From Sulfuricurvum sp. (lineage in GTDB: Bacteria; Campylobacterota; Campylobacteria; Campylobacterales; Sulfurimonadaceae): a stretch of DNA of 64,000 nt. The notes beneath the pieces are model-generated. The model ran no database searches. It had not been told where the DNA came from and was given only the letters and a program-made list of their open reading frames with translations. Positions within the stretch are counted from its first letter, which is position 1, and each line of letters starts with the position of its first letter. A program made the translations under genes and the position numbers. The stretch is from contig NZ_JAQTNN010000016.1 in assembly GCF_028713855.1 (NCBI RefSeq), forward strand, positions 215 to 64,214, read 5' to 3'. Shown in pieces: positions 12,174-22,893 of this stretch.

Positions 12174-12802
12174 TGACAGGGAGACTTATGAAACGATCAT
12201 TCTATTTGTCTCTTCTTCTTCTTGCACCACTAATAGCACGTGAGAACCCATTTTTTGCTACCGATGAAGCAAAAAAAGATAAAATAACCTCCAATGTGCC
12301 GGATAACAGACCTCAACTTGGAAGTGTCAATTATACACTCCCGGACCAAGCACGTATCCTAAAAGAGGTTACCTTTACGATTCAAAACCTCGATGGCAGT
12401 ATAGAAAGCCGTAAAATACAGGTTGACCAGAGTATCGATTGGCACAAATCATTAACTATTTCCCAGACGAACAGTGCTCCAACAGCACGTTCCAATACAG
12501 AAAGCAGCTCTTCTGCGGACTTTGGATTTATCCGATTTGACACCAAAGGCAAACGCCTTGCCATTAAAACCCAAAATCTCCTCATGCGCCATTTTATGCT
12601 AAGCGATCCGAATCGGATTGTCCTTGATTTTAAAAGTGATGCCGTATTTAATGCAACACAAAAACCGTTAAAAGCATCACCTTATGTTAACGTAGCAGTA
12701 GGCAATCACGGTAAATTTATCCGCGCTACGGTTATGCTCGACGGTCGCTACAGCTATATTTTGAATAAAACGGGTGAGTTGGTAAGTATTACCTGTAAGT
12801 AA
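12173..12802 (+). CDS. AMIN-domain exported protein
   Basis: Signal peptide, ARENPF motif, FMLSDPNRIVLDF; real start may be 12188. Confidence 0.8.
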
Positions 12803-12826
12803 AAAAAATCGAAAAAGGAAGAATAT

Positions 12827-12846
12827 TTCTCTCCGAGAGGAGAGAA
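12827..12846. terminator. Terminator between convergent AMIN gene and tpx
   Basis: ttctctcc-gaga-ggagagaa. Confidence 0.6.
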
Positions 12847-12853
12847 GGTGAAC

Positions 12854-13357
12854 TTACGCTACAGCAGCCAATGCAGCATCGTAGTTTGGTTCTTCAGTGA
12901 TTTCAGGAACGATTTCTTTGTAAGTGACAACACCCTCTTCGTTTACTGCGAAGATTGCGCGGCACGTTACACCTGCGAGAACTGAACCTCCAAGCAATAC
13001 ACCATAAGCGTTTGCAAAATCTTTATTACGGAAATCTGAACATACTGTCAAATTATCGATACCTTCTGCTTGGCAAAAACGGCCGGCTGCGAACGGAAGA
13101 TCAAGAGATACGATTGTAGTGATAACATCTTTAAGACCAGCAGCTTTTGCATTGAAGTTACGAGTTTCAGTTGCACACACGCCTGTATCCAATGACGGAA
13201 CAACGATGATAAGTTGTTTTTTACCTTGTGCGCCACCTACGGTAACATCACCAAGACCTGCTGAATTAACAACTGTAATCGCAGGTGCTTTATCACCTAC
13301 ATTTACAGTGTTTCCTAAAAGCTCTACATCAGTACCTTTGAATTTTGTCGTTGCCAT
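12854..13357 (-). CDS. tpx: Thiol peroxidase (Tpx)
   Basis: VPSLDTGVC, SLDLPFAAGRFC, EITEEPNY. Confidence 0.96.
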   Translation of the reverse strand: MATTKFKGTDVELLGNTVNVGDKAPAITVVNSAGLGDVTVGGAQGKKQLIIVVPSLDTGVCATETRNFNAKAAGLKDVITTIVSLDLPFAAGRFCQAEGIDNLTVCSDFRNKDFANAYGVLLGGSVLAGVTCRAIFAVNEEGVVTYKEIVPEITEEPNYDAALAAVA

Positions 13358-13451
13358 TTAAAGCTCCTATTTTTTGTTTGGTACGGAAATTGTACTTAAA
13401 TCGGATAATTTAACTCTGAATTATGAAAGAGACGTTTCTGCTTAAGCAATT

Positions 13452-14429
13452 TTACAGTTTACAGCGAGGATTAATAGGGATATTATTGTAGGATTGCATC
13501 TCGTTTAACGCATACGCTTCGAGAGCTGCACGTCCAATCATTGCGGCATTGTCCGAGCAATACTGAAGTTCAGATAGATATAAATCGGCTTTATAAGGTG
13601 CCAATAGCTGCATTACATTTTCACGTAAATAGAGATTAGCGCTCGCCCCCCCGACGATTGCAAATCGTTTTGGAGGATGAGCTTTAAAATACTTTTTGAG
13701 TTTTTGGAGTAAGTGTTCCGTCGCTGTTTTTTGAAATGCTGCGGCAATATCAGGATACGCTGTAACACCATTGGCTTCTACTGCCAATCGAACTTGATTT
13801 TTGAGCCCTGAATAGCTAAAAGCTATCAATGGAGATTGCCATAGTGGCACGGTAAAGCTCAAACGACCCGCATCACCACTATGGGCTAACTCCTCAATAA
13901 GCGGTCCTCCTGGATAGCCTAACGCCATCATTTTCGCTACTTTATCGAAACTCTCCCCGTAACTGTCATCCATTGTTGTAGCAACGGTCTCCATTTGCGA
14001 ATATGATTTTACCTCTATTAGCTGTGTATGACCGCCCGAAACCAATAATACGGTAATAGGGAGAACAGCCTCTTTCTCTATAAAAAGAGAATAAATATGC
14101 CCTTTGAGGTGGTTAATCGGAAGTATCGGGATATTCAAAGAGATGCTAAGGGCTTTTGCCATCGTAACTCCTTCGATCAGTGTTACCCCTAACCCCGGCT
14201 CATTGGTCACCGCAATCGCTTTGAGCTGATCGAACCACGGTTCGCACTCGGCCAAAATGCGCGGTAAAGCTTCGGCATGAAGACGACTAGCAAGTTCAGG
14301 AACGACACCGCCATAAACTGAATGCTCTAACTCTTGGGAAATCTTCTTATGATAGATAAGCTTTTTAGTTGCAATCTCCGTTATCGCGATTGAACTGTCA
14401 TCACAACTACTTTCTATACTCAGGATCAT
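13452..14429 (-). CDS. tsaD: tRNA N6-adenosine threonylcarbamoyltransferase TsaD
   Basis: [43 protein letters not shown]; start set at MILSIE. Confidence 0.96.
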   Translation of the reverse strand: MILSIESSCDDSSIAITEIATKKLIYHKKISQELEHSVYGGVVPELASRLHAEALPRILAECEPWFDQLKAIAVTNEPGLGVTLIEGVTMAKALSISLNIPILPINHLKGHIYSLFIEKEAVLPITVLLVSGGHTQLIEVKSYSQMETVATTMDDSYGESFDKVAKMMALGYPGGPLIEELAHSGDAGRLSFTVPLWQSPLIAFSYSGLKNQVRLAVEANGVTAYPDIAAAFQKTATEHLLQKLKKYFKAHPPKRFAIVGGASANLYLRENVMQLLAPYKADLYLSELQYCSDNAAMIGRAALEAYALNEMQSYNNIPINPRCKL

Positions 14430-14956
14430 TGGAATACCCACTCTTTTACCCACGGCCATTCACCGTATCCGGAAGAGGAGTTAATATGGCCACCGTTTTC
14501 AATCACCTTCATCTCTACCCCAAGGGCATTTTGAAGGGCCAATGCTTCTTCAGGTGTCATATAGGGATCATTGTCTGAAGTGACCAAGAACACCTCTTCG
14601 GCAAACAGTTTTTTCGGAGCTTCAAGGGGAAAAAATGTTTTCAGGGTTTCCAACTCGCAATTCAAGCTCGGAGGGGCTACCAGTAAAAGCCGTTTGACAG
14701 GATTGATCTCCCCTTCATTACACAAATGGAACCATACTATATTAGCAAGTGAATGACAGATAACGACATCGGGCTGGAAATCGTTTAAAAGTGCTTTGAC
14801 CTGTTTCATCCATCGATTTTTACTCGGAAAGTGGGGATTGTCCAAAAGCGGAAAAGAGACCGTACCGTAGTTCTTTGCAATTTCACCTGCAAGCCATGCC
14901 TGCCAATGAGGGTCATCCGATCCACCCCAACCGTGCAGCATCAGTACTTTTAACAT
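14426..14956 (-). CDS. RBBP9/YdeN-family alpha/beta hydrolase
   Basis: LHGWGGS, HWQAW, CHSL nucleophile elbow, SDNDPY, GGHIN. Confidence 0.88.
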   Translation of the reverse strand: MLKVLMLHGWGGSDDPHWQAWLAGEIAKNYGTVSFPLLDNPHFPSKNRWMKQVKALLNDFQPDVVICHSLANIVWFHLCNEGEINPVKRLLLVAPPSLNCELETLKTFFPLEAPKKLFAEEVFLVTSDNDPYMTPEEALALQNALGVEMKVIENGGHINSSSGYGEWPWVKEWVFQ

Positions 14957-16026
14957 CGAATCCCTCTAACAAATGCACGTACTTCATCATCAAGTGCAAA
15001 AATGGCATCAATCGATTCCGGTACCGAGGTAAACGTCTCATAGGCACGAAGAATCATTGCGGAGATATCGACAAAACGGATCTCTCCGCGAACAAATCGT
15101 TCAATCGCTGCTTCGTTGGCTGCATTGACGATAACCCCTCGTGCAGGGTTGCTAAGTAAATCATTTTTGATTTCCCATATAGGGTAACGCGCAACCTCTA
15201 TAGAACGGAACTCCAATGCACCTACACGGCTCAAATCGATTCGATCCACAATCGGAGTCTCAACTTTTCCCATAAGGGCGTAAGCGATAGGCAGACGCAT
15301 ATCCGCATGAGCAAAATGAGCCGTCGTAGAACCGTCCGTATAGTCGATCATCGCATGAATCAGTGATTTTGTCTCAATTAGAGCATCGTATTCTCCTTCA
15401 CCGAAGAGCCATCGAGCTTCTAAAAGTTCAAACAGTTTGTTCACCATCGAGGCACTGTCAATCGTGATCTTCTGTCCCATAGACCAATTGGGGTGCTTTA
15501 GAGCATCTTCCAAAGTAGCCGTCGATAACTTTTCCAATGGCCAATCCCGAAACGCTCCGCCGCTGGCAGTAATAACCATCCGTTCAACCTTGCGATCGCC
15601 TTGGTTCAAGTACCACAATCCAAAATGTTCGCTGTCAATCGGGACAATCCGCGAGGTGTCAACAAATGAGCCACCCACGACCAATGACTCTTTATTCGCC
15701 AACGCGATTTTTTTACCGCATTCAAGTGCTTTAAGGGTAGGTCTGAAACCAACAAAGCCAACCAAAGCATTAATAACATGATTCGAATCCGACTCTTCGA
15801 TTGCTCTCAAAATTTCCGCTTCGCCGAAACGAACATCATCATGATGCACCAAAGAGCAATCCTCTTCTCGCATCACAACCACACATTTAGGATTATGACG
15901 TTTGATTTGTTCATTGAGAAGGGTGATATTACGTCCGGCGACAAGAGTATCGACCGATAGATGGAACTGTTCAGCAATATTAAGAGCGTTGACCCCGATC
16001 GAACCGGTGGAGCCTAGTAGGATCAA
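14950..16026 (-). CDS. dxr: 1-deoxy-D-xylulose 5-phosphate reductoisomerase
   Basis: LGSTGSIG, ALANKESLV, PIDSEH, HPNWSMGQKITIDSA. Confidence 0.97.
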   Translation of the reverse strand: MILLGSTGSIGVNALNIAEQFHLSVDTLVAGRNITLLNEQIKRHNPKCVVVMREEDCSLVHHDDVRFGEAEILRAIEESDSNHVINALVGFVGFRPTLKALECGKKIALANKESLVVGGSFVDTSRIVPIDSEHFGLWYLNQGDRKVERMVITASGGAFRDWPLEKLSTATLEDALKHPNWSMGQKITIDSASMVNKLFELLEARWLFGEGEYDALIETKSLIHAMIDYTDGSTTAHFAHADMRLPIAYALMGKVETPIVDRIDLSRVGALEFRSIEVARYPIWEIKNDLLSNPARGVIVNAANEAAIERFVRGEIRFVDISAMILRAYETFTSVPESIDAIFALDDEVRAFVRGIRC

Positions 16027-16796
16027 ACAAGTCCCCGTAATAAGACAAGCATAACAATGGATGCAAAAAGATATCCGTCAATACGGTCAAGTACCCCGCC
16101 ATGTCCCGGCAAGATGCTGCCGCTGTCTTTTACTCCGGCTCTGCGTTTGAGATAACTCTCGAACAAATCTCCGAAAACAGCACTGATAGCGGCCATCATG
16201 GAGATAATAATCGCTTGGGGAATATCGACAATCATAATCCCTATAAAAAATCCGGCAGCGGTAGCAACGGCAATACCGCCGTATACCCCTTCTCGTGTTT
16301 TGCTTGGGCTTGAAACACTAAACGGTGTTTTTCCGATGCTGCGTCCGACAACGTACGCACCAATATCGGCAGAAGCAACTACGACAAGGAGCCATAAAAG
16401 TGCCGTTATACCGTATTCTTGGTACATACTAAGGGTAAAAAGCATACCTGCCGTCGGGTAGACAAACGGAAAAAAGTTTTTCCACGGAATGTTCTGAGTG
16501 TACGCTACCGCTGCAGCAAAAATAAGCCCGGCGATGATAAACAAATCCTCACCGTAGGGGTACCATGCCGCCGCAAGCCAAAGAATCGCCGCATACGCAT
16601 AAAGCGAATTGTTATTAATTCCAAATAATCGTGTCGCTTCATGAAATGCTAGGAGATAGATAACTCCCATTACTGTCCATATAAGCCAAAAGTTGTTGAT
16701 CAATCCGACGATAAGGATGCCGGTGACAAGGAAGATCGCGGTAACAATGCGTTCTTGAGTTGAATTTTTTGCGGTTTGCATAGTTTGATTGACCAA
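16023..16796 (-). CDS. cdsA: Phosphatidate cytidylyltransferase
   Basis: SPSKTREG, GDLFESYLKRRAGVKDSGSILPGHGGVLDRIDG. Confidence 0.95.
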   Translation of the reverse strand: MVNQTMQTAKNSTQERIVTAIFLVTGILIVGLINNFWLIWTVMGVIYLLAFHEATRLFGINNNSLYAYAAILWLAAAWYPYGEDLFIIAGLIFAAAVAYTQNIPWKNFFPFVYPTAGMLFTLSMYQEYGITALLWLLVVVASADIGAYVVGRSIGKTPFSVSSPSKTREGVYGGIAVATAAGFFIGIMIVDIPQAIIISMMAAISAVFGDLFESYLKRRAGVKDSGSILPGHGGVLDRIDGYLFASIVMLVLLRGLV

Positions 16797-16864
16797 TGGT
16801 ATTAAAATTTCGCGATTATAGCATTTATTTGATTGTAATAAGCGTGATTAAAGCTCGTAAAACT

Positions 16865-17173
16865 CTAAACTTTGATATCTAAAAGGTGAAGCGGTTTTTG
16901 AGCTTTTGGTTCTTCCGCTGCCTCTTCATGATGTGAGGATCGTCTCTCTTCTTGTTCGGCTTGCTCTTTCGTATGTTCACGATCAGGATCGACCGCTTGA
17001 TTTTCTTCAGCAGGGCGAACCTCTTCGATCTCTTTTTTTTCCGCTTGGGCAGCTGTTGCAGCGGCCAAAGCCTGCAATTCGAAACGGTTTAAAACAGCAT
17101 TTTTCTCGCTTGCTACACTTGCCATCTGCTGGTTGACATAAATAGCACCGCCGATGGGACCGATATCTGCCAT
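16865..17173 (-). CDS. Hypothetical protein (102 aa, charged, ends LDIKV)
   Basis: RBS aagga upstream; 3 nt from the NFACT gene stop; protein-like composition. Confidence 0.7.
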   Translation of the reverse strand: MADIGPIGGAIYVNQQMASVASEKNAVLNRFELQALAAATAAQAEKKEIEEVRPAEENQAVDPDREHTKEQAEQEERRSSHHEEAAEEPKAQKPLHLLDIKV

Positions 17174-17176
17174 AAG

Positions 17177-18502
17177 TTATCCTTTTTGGATATTCAGTGT
17201 CTTGTAATTGGTATAGAGGACGTTAGCCCCCTCTTGCACCTTAACTTCTCTTCTAGGAGTATAATCGACCAAATAGCGCCCCTTCTCAAATACCGAGAAA
17301 TCAACACACAATTTTGCCGCCGCTTCAAGGAGCCGTTCGGGAAGCTGCTGTTTATCGGTTGTAATGACGACATGGGCGGAAGGACGGTCTTTTAGGTGCA
17401 TCCAGATATCCCGTGCTTTTGCATTTCTGAGCAATTCTATGTTCCCTTTTTCACTTTTGCCCAAAGAGACTTTTACCCCTTCAATCCAAAATTCGGCAAC
17501 CAAATCAGACGTTTTGAGCTTTGTTCCTCCGGTTTTACTCGGAAATAACAATCCGATCTCCTCAGGCGTAGAGGCCTCAGATACCGTCTGGATAAAGAGT
17601 TCATGATGACGGATTTTGGCTTCGAGGTTCGTCCGTTCTTGATGTAAACCGATCGCTTTTTGTTTTGCTTTTTTAGATCGTTTGAAAAAGCTCTCGGCAC
17701 ATCCTGAAGCGCTGTTGCATCCTGCGGGAAGTTCTAACCGAATCGGCGTACCGTCAAAATCATTCAACGCAGCACTCTTTTCATAAGGCTTTATCGTGTC
17801 CAAATTAGCAAGAACTAAATGCCCTGCGTGCTGAAGTCTTTCCGCTTCTTCCATCAATTCGGATTCGCTCTCAAGCGTATCTAGATGCTTTTTAAGCGTT
17901 GCCAAACGCTTCTTCAGAAGAGCTTTTTTTTCTGCTTTAAGCCGCTCAAGTTTATCACCGCTGCGACGGCGAAACTCCTCAAGTAAAAAGAAACGAACAT
18001 CCTCCAATGGGTAAGACTGAGGTTCGTAGGGCGGTTTAGGCATTTCGTCCAAAACCTGTCCTACTCGCACACTCCGCGTCGAAACTTCTTTGTCGATATG
18101 ACGCAGTGCTTCCAATACAACTTCATCTTTATCCAAAATAATGACATTGGTGTTTTTTCCGGTAAACTCAAACTGCAAGATCGTTGTTTCCGATTTGTAT
18201 GAGCCGCTGGTATTCACTGTGATACGGATGATTTTATCATGGTTGTGAAGGGTTATCGACTGGATCGTCGAACGGTTAAACCGTTTGGCCAGCAATACGT
18301 CAAACGGAGCCTGATAGACTTTGCCCCGATTGGCAGCCTCACCGATGCTGATTGTCGAATTCCCTCTCTGCATCTCGAAATTCCAGCTGTTATCGCGATC
18401 AAATATCAACCGAATACTCGTATCGTCGTATCGGTATGCCGCAACAATATGGGTGAAGCGGTGCATGTGTGCCGCAATCTGTTCTAAATAAGAAAATCTC
18501 AT
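17177..18502 (-). CDS. NFACT family (RqcH/FbpA-like) RNA-binding protein
   Basis: EFTGKNTNVII, FFKRSKK coiled coil, C-terminal NFACT-R (WMHLKDRPSAHV, VDYT). Confidence 0.85.
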   Translation of the reverse strand: MRFSYLEQIAAHMHRFTHIVAAYRYDDTSIRLIFDRDNSWNFEMQRGNSTISIGEAANRGKVYQAPFDVLLAKRFNRSTIQSITLHNHDKIIRITVNTSGSYKSETTILQFEFTGKNTNVIILDKDEVVLEALRHIDKEVSTRSVRVGQVLDEMPKPPYEPQSYPLEDVRFFLLEEFRRRSGDKLERLKAEKKALLKKRLATLKKHLDTLESESELMEEAERLQHAGHLVLANLDTIKPYEKSAALNDFDGTPIRLELPAGCNSASGCAESFFKRSKKAKQKAIGLHQERTNLEAKIRHHELFIQTVSEASTPEEIGLLFPSKTGGTKLKTSDLVAEFWIEGVKVSLGKSEKGNIELLRNAKARDIWMHLKDRPSAHVVITTDKQQLPERLLEAAAKLCVDFSVFEKGRYLVDYTPRREVKVQEGANVLYTNYKTLNIQKG

Positions 18503-18568
18503 ATTTTACCTTCGCTTTAGTAAAAGAAAATTACAATGATGCCATCTTACCGATAATGGATACCCGAT

Positions 18569-20146
18569 ATGAATCTTTTCAATACGATCAAAGCTAAATT
18601 TATCGTCAATCTTGTGGCAGCCGTGGGCGCCATCCTCGTTAGTGTCATTGTAGCATACTTCATCGCCACCGGTTCGATCAAGACGATCATGACCAGCGAT
18701 CTCAATACCGTTGCAGACGCTTTGGAGAAAAATGTCAACTATATTGCAAAAATCGAACCCAAGGCTTATGAAGATGAAGCGTTTAAAGATGATATCAAAA
18801 GTATAAAAATCGGTAAAAGCGGTTATGTCTATTTTATCAATGCCGATGGGGTCATGACGATTCACCCAAAACCGGAGGATGAAGGAAAAAACAAAGCAGG
18901 ACATGATTATATCGACCACATTCGTGCCGACAAAGCAGGCGGTATATATGAATACGTCTCCTCCACCACCGGTCAGGACAAAATTGCGGCATATCGCTAT
19001 ATTCCGGCATGGGATATGTGGGTCATTCCCGGGATCAATAAAGGCGATTATTTTGAAGAACTCAAAGCAAGCTTTTTTAAATGGTTCCTTATTCTCGGCA
19101 GTGTACTCGCGGGAATATTAATTGCGATCAATTATTTTTCCGGTACCAGTATCCTCCGACCTATCGAAGAGCTTGATCACGTCTCTTCCGATTTGGCACA
19201 CGGAAACGGAGATTTGACCAAACGGCTCCCTATTCTCAATAAAGACGATGAGATCGGGATAGCAAGCCATTATTTAAATCAATTCATCGGAAAAATCCAA
19301 AGTACCATCAACGATACCAAACATATCACCACTTCCGCAGTACGTTCTACAGAAACGCTGCACAGCGCAGCTACCAATCTCTCGGCGCAGTCGGAAAAAA
19401 CCAATACCATCGCTCAAAATACCAATACGACGGCGGCTGAAATCGGTGTAACGCTGGAACAAAGTGTCAACATGGCAAAAAGCACCCTTGAAAATAGCCA
19501 ATCTACCGAAAAAGAGCTGGGGCATGTCCGTGAAATAGCCAATGCGATTACCCGTGAAGTCCATAAAACTACTGAAATGAGCAATGATCTCTCCGAACGT
19601 TTCGCGCAGCTTTCCAGCGATGCCGCCAGTGTCAGCGGTGTTCTCAGCATCATTTCCGATATCGCCGATCAAACCAATCTTCTCGCCCTCAACGCTGCGA
19701 TCGAAGCCGCACGTGCCGGAGAACACGGACGCGGATTTGCTGTTGTTGCCGATGAAGTACGTAAACTTGCTGAGCGAACCCAAAAAAGTTTGACCGAAAT
19801 CAACTCAACCATCTCTATCGTCATCCAATCGATTTCGGATTCTTCCGACATGATGAACTCAAACAGCGAAAACATTGAACGTCTCGCCGAACGAAGCGAA
19901 GAGATCGATGTAAAAATCAATTCGGCATCAAACGCACTGCGTTCTAATGTCGATGCAAGCCATAAAAGCGTTCAGGAAGCTGAAAATATGGCACGTAAAA
20001 TCAACGAAATCATCAGTAAAGTTTCTGAGATGTCCAATCTCTCTGAAAACAACCAATTAGAGATCAAACAAATCTCGAAAATTGCCGGCGAACTCTACAA
20101 TGCCGCCACAAACCTCAATACGCAATTGGGGCAGTTTAAGTCCTAA
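18569..20146 (+). CDS. Methyl-accepting chemotaxis protein (Cache sensor, HAMP)
   Basis: TM - [12 protein letters not shown] Cache - TM - HAMP - [40 protein letters not shown]. Confidence 0.95.
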   Translation: MNLFNTIKAKFIVNLVAAVGAILVSVIVAYFIATGSIKTIMTSDLNTVADALEKNVNYIAKIEPKAYEDEAFKDDIKSIKIGKSGYVYFINADGVMTIHPKPEDEGKNKAGHDYIDHIRADKAGGIYEYVSSTTGQDKIAAYRYIPAWDMWVIPGINKGDYFEELKASFFKWFLILGSVLAGILIAINYFSGTSILRPIEELDHVSSDLAHGNGDLTKRLPILNKDDEIGIASHYLNQFIGKIQSTINDTKHITTSAVRSTETLHSAATNLSAQSEKTNTIAQNTNTTAAEIGVTLEQSVNMAKSTLENSQSTEKELGHVREIANAITREVHKTTEMSNDLSERFAQLSSDAASVSGVLSIISDIADQTNLLALNAAIEAARAGEHGRGFAVVADEVRKLAERTQKSLTEINSTISIVIQSISDSSDMMNSNSENIERLAERSEEIDVKINSASNALRSNVDASHKSVQEAENMARKINEIISKVSEMSNLSENNQLEIKQISKIAGELYNAATNLNTQLGQFKS

Positions 20147-20158
20147 AACCCTTTTCGC

Positions 20159-20395
20159 TATAATTCCTTAAAACAAAAAAGGGAGAATAGCGATGCATGC
20201 ACCGAAGGGATTTGGTAAAACCTATTTCTCTCTTGCCGCTATTCAAGCCTACGCTTCACAAATCCGGCTTATTCAAATTATCCATCAGATACTTTGGATT
20301 TGTCCAACACACCCTATTCATACCTATTCTACTGTTTCACCACCAAAAAATGTCCTTAAATCATCCCTTATTACGACTATTATTCAAGGACATTC
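20159..20395 (+). promoter_or_regulatory. Promoter (-10 TATAAT 20159-20164) and ~225-nt structured leader with SD-sequestering hairpin
   Basis: Perfect stems 20185-92/20237-44, 20258-65/20296-303 and 20349-57/20386-94 (the last covers the AAGGA SD). Confidence 0.5.
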
Positions 20396-22303
20396 ATGTT
20401 TAGACCAACCCTTTCGCTTGTCGCCTGTGCGACCCTCGTTGCCTCATTAGGGGCTAATACTCTTCAACTCGAACCGATCACCATAACTTCAAACGCTATT
20501 GAAAGCAATGAGCTTCAGGCACCGTATGCGGCTGAAATTTATACGGCGGAAGATATCAAAAAATCGCATGCACAAAATATTTATTCTTTTCTAAATGAGA
20601 ACACATCTCTTGTTACCTCATCTGGATATGGCAATTCCTTTTCCCAAAAATTGGATATTCACGGTTACGGGATAGGTGACGGTTATCAAAACATCGTTGT
20701 TACTCTCAACGGACGCCGTTTAAACAACATTGATATGACCGCGCAGTTATTAGGTTCTATTCCAGTAAACACCATTGATCGTATTGAAATTCTCAAAGGA
20801 GCCGGTTCGGCGGTTTACGGTGATGGAGCTAACGCCGCTGTTATCAATGTTATAACCAAAGAGGGCAATCACAACGAACTCGGCTTTTACAGCGGCAATT
20901 ATCATACTCTCGGACAGTCGCTTTATCTCTCCTCCTCCAAAGACCGTTTTTCCTATGCTCTTCATTTGGATCATTCCGATACAGACGGTGTTCGTGTTGT
21001 TGATACAAATAGTAATCGAGACCAACAAAAAAGTACCGACGGCGGAGGAGAGTTTTCTTATCGTCCTACTGATAAACTCGAAGTTCGTGCAGGTGCACAA
21101 TTTACCCGCAACGACTCGATTTACGGTCGTCCAATGACGCTCGCAGAGTACAAATCTAATCCGGCGCAAGAAGGTTCGGCCGGTTATGGAAGTACCCGCC
21201 AAAGTTTTAAATCCAACGTACTAAACAGTGGATTGATTTATACTCTCAATGAAAACACCTCAATCGAAGCGACAGGATCGCGGGAAATTAAGCAACTCAA
21301 CTACATTACCTATGGCAGTATTGCAAACTACCGCTACGATGAATTCCGTACTCAGATCAACTACGATTCAACTCAGTTTAAAGCAGCCACAGGGGTCAAT
21401 GGGACAAGGGGGAAACGGGAAGGATATGGCAATGAAACAAGTAAAGACAATAATGCTCTTTACGGAACAATCGAATATCATGCTGATAAGCATACTGTTT
21501 CTGCAGGCGGACGCCATGAAAAAGTATCGTATGAATATCTTGCTTCTTCAGCAGCCTCTTCCCAAAATAATTCATTAAACGGATACGAAGCGGGATACGT
21601 TTACCAGCTCTCTCCTGACCAATCCGTATTTGCCCACTATGCCCATGCCTATCAAGCTCCTGACATTGATCGTTTCTTCAACTGGGGAGGAACCTTTAAC
21701 GGATTCATTCAGCCGATGAAAAGCGATACCTATACCCTCGGCTATAATTTCATCACACCGGAAAACAAACTCAAAATATCGACCTTTTACACGAATTTGG
21801 ATAACGAAATATATTATCACGCCGCAACCTACACCAATACCAACATCGACCAATCCCACAAATACGGCATCGATATTTTTAATCAGTGGCTTATCAGTGA
21901 GCGGTTCAATATTACCGCTAATTACAACTACGTTCAAGCGATTATCGACCATGAACAAGAATCCGGTGATGACTACTCAGGGAAAAAACTTCCCGGTGTC
22001 TCCAAGCATAACGCTAAAGCGACACTGTCATATCTACCCAATACCCATACCACGTTTTCTCTAACGCAGCTTTACCGCTCATCTGCCTATGCCCAAGAAG
22101 ATTTCAGCAATAGTTTTTCTCAAAAGCAAGATGCCTACTACTCTACCAACCTCTCGGCTACCTACGCTAAAGACAATTATGAAATCTTCGCTAAAATCAA
22201 TAATCTTTTTGATCAATCAAACGGCATCTGGATCAATAACGACGAAATATATCCCGTCGATTTTACCGCAACGTTCACTGCTGGATTGAAATTTATTTTT
22301 TAG
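20396..22303 (+). CDS. TonB-dependent receptor (BtuB-like size)
   Basis: Signal peptide, plug IDRIEILKGAGSAVYGDG..VINVIT, KINNLFD, C-terminal Phe. Confidence 0.93.
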   Translation: MFRPTLSLVACATLVASLGANTLQLEPITITSNAIESNELQAPYAAEIYTAEDIKKSHAQNIYSFLNENTSLVTSSGYGNSFSQKLDIHGYGIGDGYQNIVVTLNGRRLNNIDMTAQLLGSIPVNTIDRIEILKGAGSAVYGDGANAAVINVITKEGNHNELGFYSGNYHTLGQSLYLSSSKDRFSYALHLDHSDTDGVRVVDTNSNRDQQKSTDGGGEFSYRPTDKLEVRAGAQFTRNDSIYGRPMTLAEYKSNPAQEGSAGYGSTRQSFKSNVLNSGLIYTLNENTSIEATGSREIKQLNYITYGSIANYRYDEFRTQINYDSTQFKAATGVNGTRGKREGYGNETSKDNNALYGTIEYHADKHTVSAGGRHEKVSYEYLASSAASSQNNSLNGYEAGYVYQLSPDQSVFAHYAHAYQAPDIDRFFNWGGTFNGFIQPMKSDTYTLGYNFITPENKLKISTFYTNLDNEIYYHAATYTNTNIDQSHKYGIDIFNQWLISERFNITANYNYVQAIIDHEQESGDDYSGKKLPGVSKHNAKATLSYLPNTHTTFSLTQLYRSSAYAQEDFSNSFSQKQDAYYSTNLSATYAKDNYEIFAKINNLFDQSNGIWINNDEIYPVDFTATFTAGLKFIF

Positions 22304-22309
22304 GGTCTT

Positions 22310-22870
22310 ATGAAACTTCATTTCCATCCCTATCTCCGATACAAATTTCTAAACTCCCTCTTTACCGGTATGGTGGGAGGCTCAGTGTTTACGATTTACG
22401 GATCACTCAGCCCTTCTACCTTTTCGGTAGGGGGGATTATTCTCGCCCTTGGATTGATGGGGATGGCGTACGTGTATCATCACCTGATGACGTTAAAACG
22501 TTTTTTTATCCTTTCGTTTTCAGCAGAAGCAGTGATGCTTTTGATGATTGGATACTTTCTCATTTTTCCTAAATATCAACTTACTGCGCTTATCGTTTAT
22601 GGAGCCTATCAGCTCTCATTTATATTCGGAGGCTATTTGGTACGGGCTGAAACCCATTTTGCCCGTAAAGCACGGGTTATGGGTTGGATCGATATCGCCA
22701 AACAGCAAGGCTATCTCGCTGGGCTTCTCCTCTCGTACGGATTTTACAAAGCCTTGGAACACTACGGTTCAGTCGATGCAAAAGTTCAGGTTTACGGACT
22801 TCATATTATCTTATTTCCGTTAGAACTTGCCATCATTATGTTACTGTTTGGGGCTTTTAGGGTAAAATAG
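22310..22870 (+). CDS. Small multi-TM membrane protein (half-MFS-like)
   Basis: About six hydrophobic segments in 186 aa; 6 nt after the receptor. Confidence 0.7.
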   Translation: MKLHFHPYLRYKFLNSLFTGMVGGSVFTIYGSLSPSTFSVGGIILALGLMGMAYVYHHLMTLKRFFILSFSAEAVMLLMIGYFLIFPKYQLTALIVYGAYQLSFIFGGYLVRAETHFARKARVMGWIDIAKQQGYLAGLLLSYGFYKALEHYGSVDAKVQVYGLHIILFPLELAIIMLLFGAFRVK

Positions 22871-22893
22871 AGGAGTTTTAGAGAGGAGAGTGT

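Noticed and set aside
18521-18570. Sigma28 promoter for the MCP (CCGATAA, CCGATAT)
   Set aside because: No correctly spaced TAAA -35, and the motifs are too close to or overlap the ATG.
20193-20450. 68-aa and 85-aa ORFs in the TonB receptor leader (one starts MHRRDLVK, Tat-like)
   Set aside because: No hydrophobic core or recognisable domain, and they overlap the receptor start. A structured leader explains the region better, though a leader peptide is not excluded.
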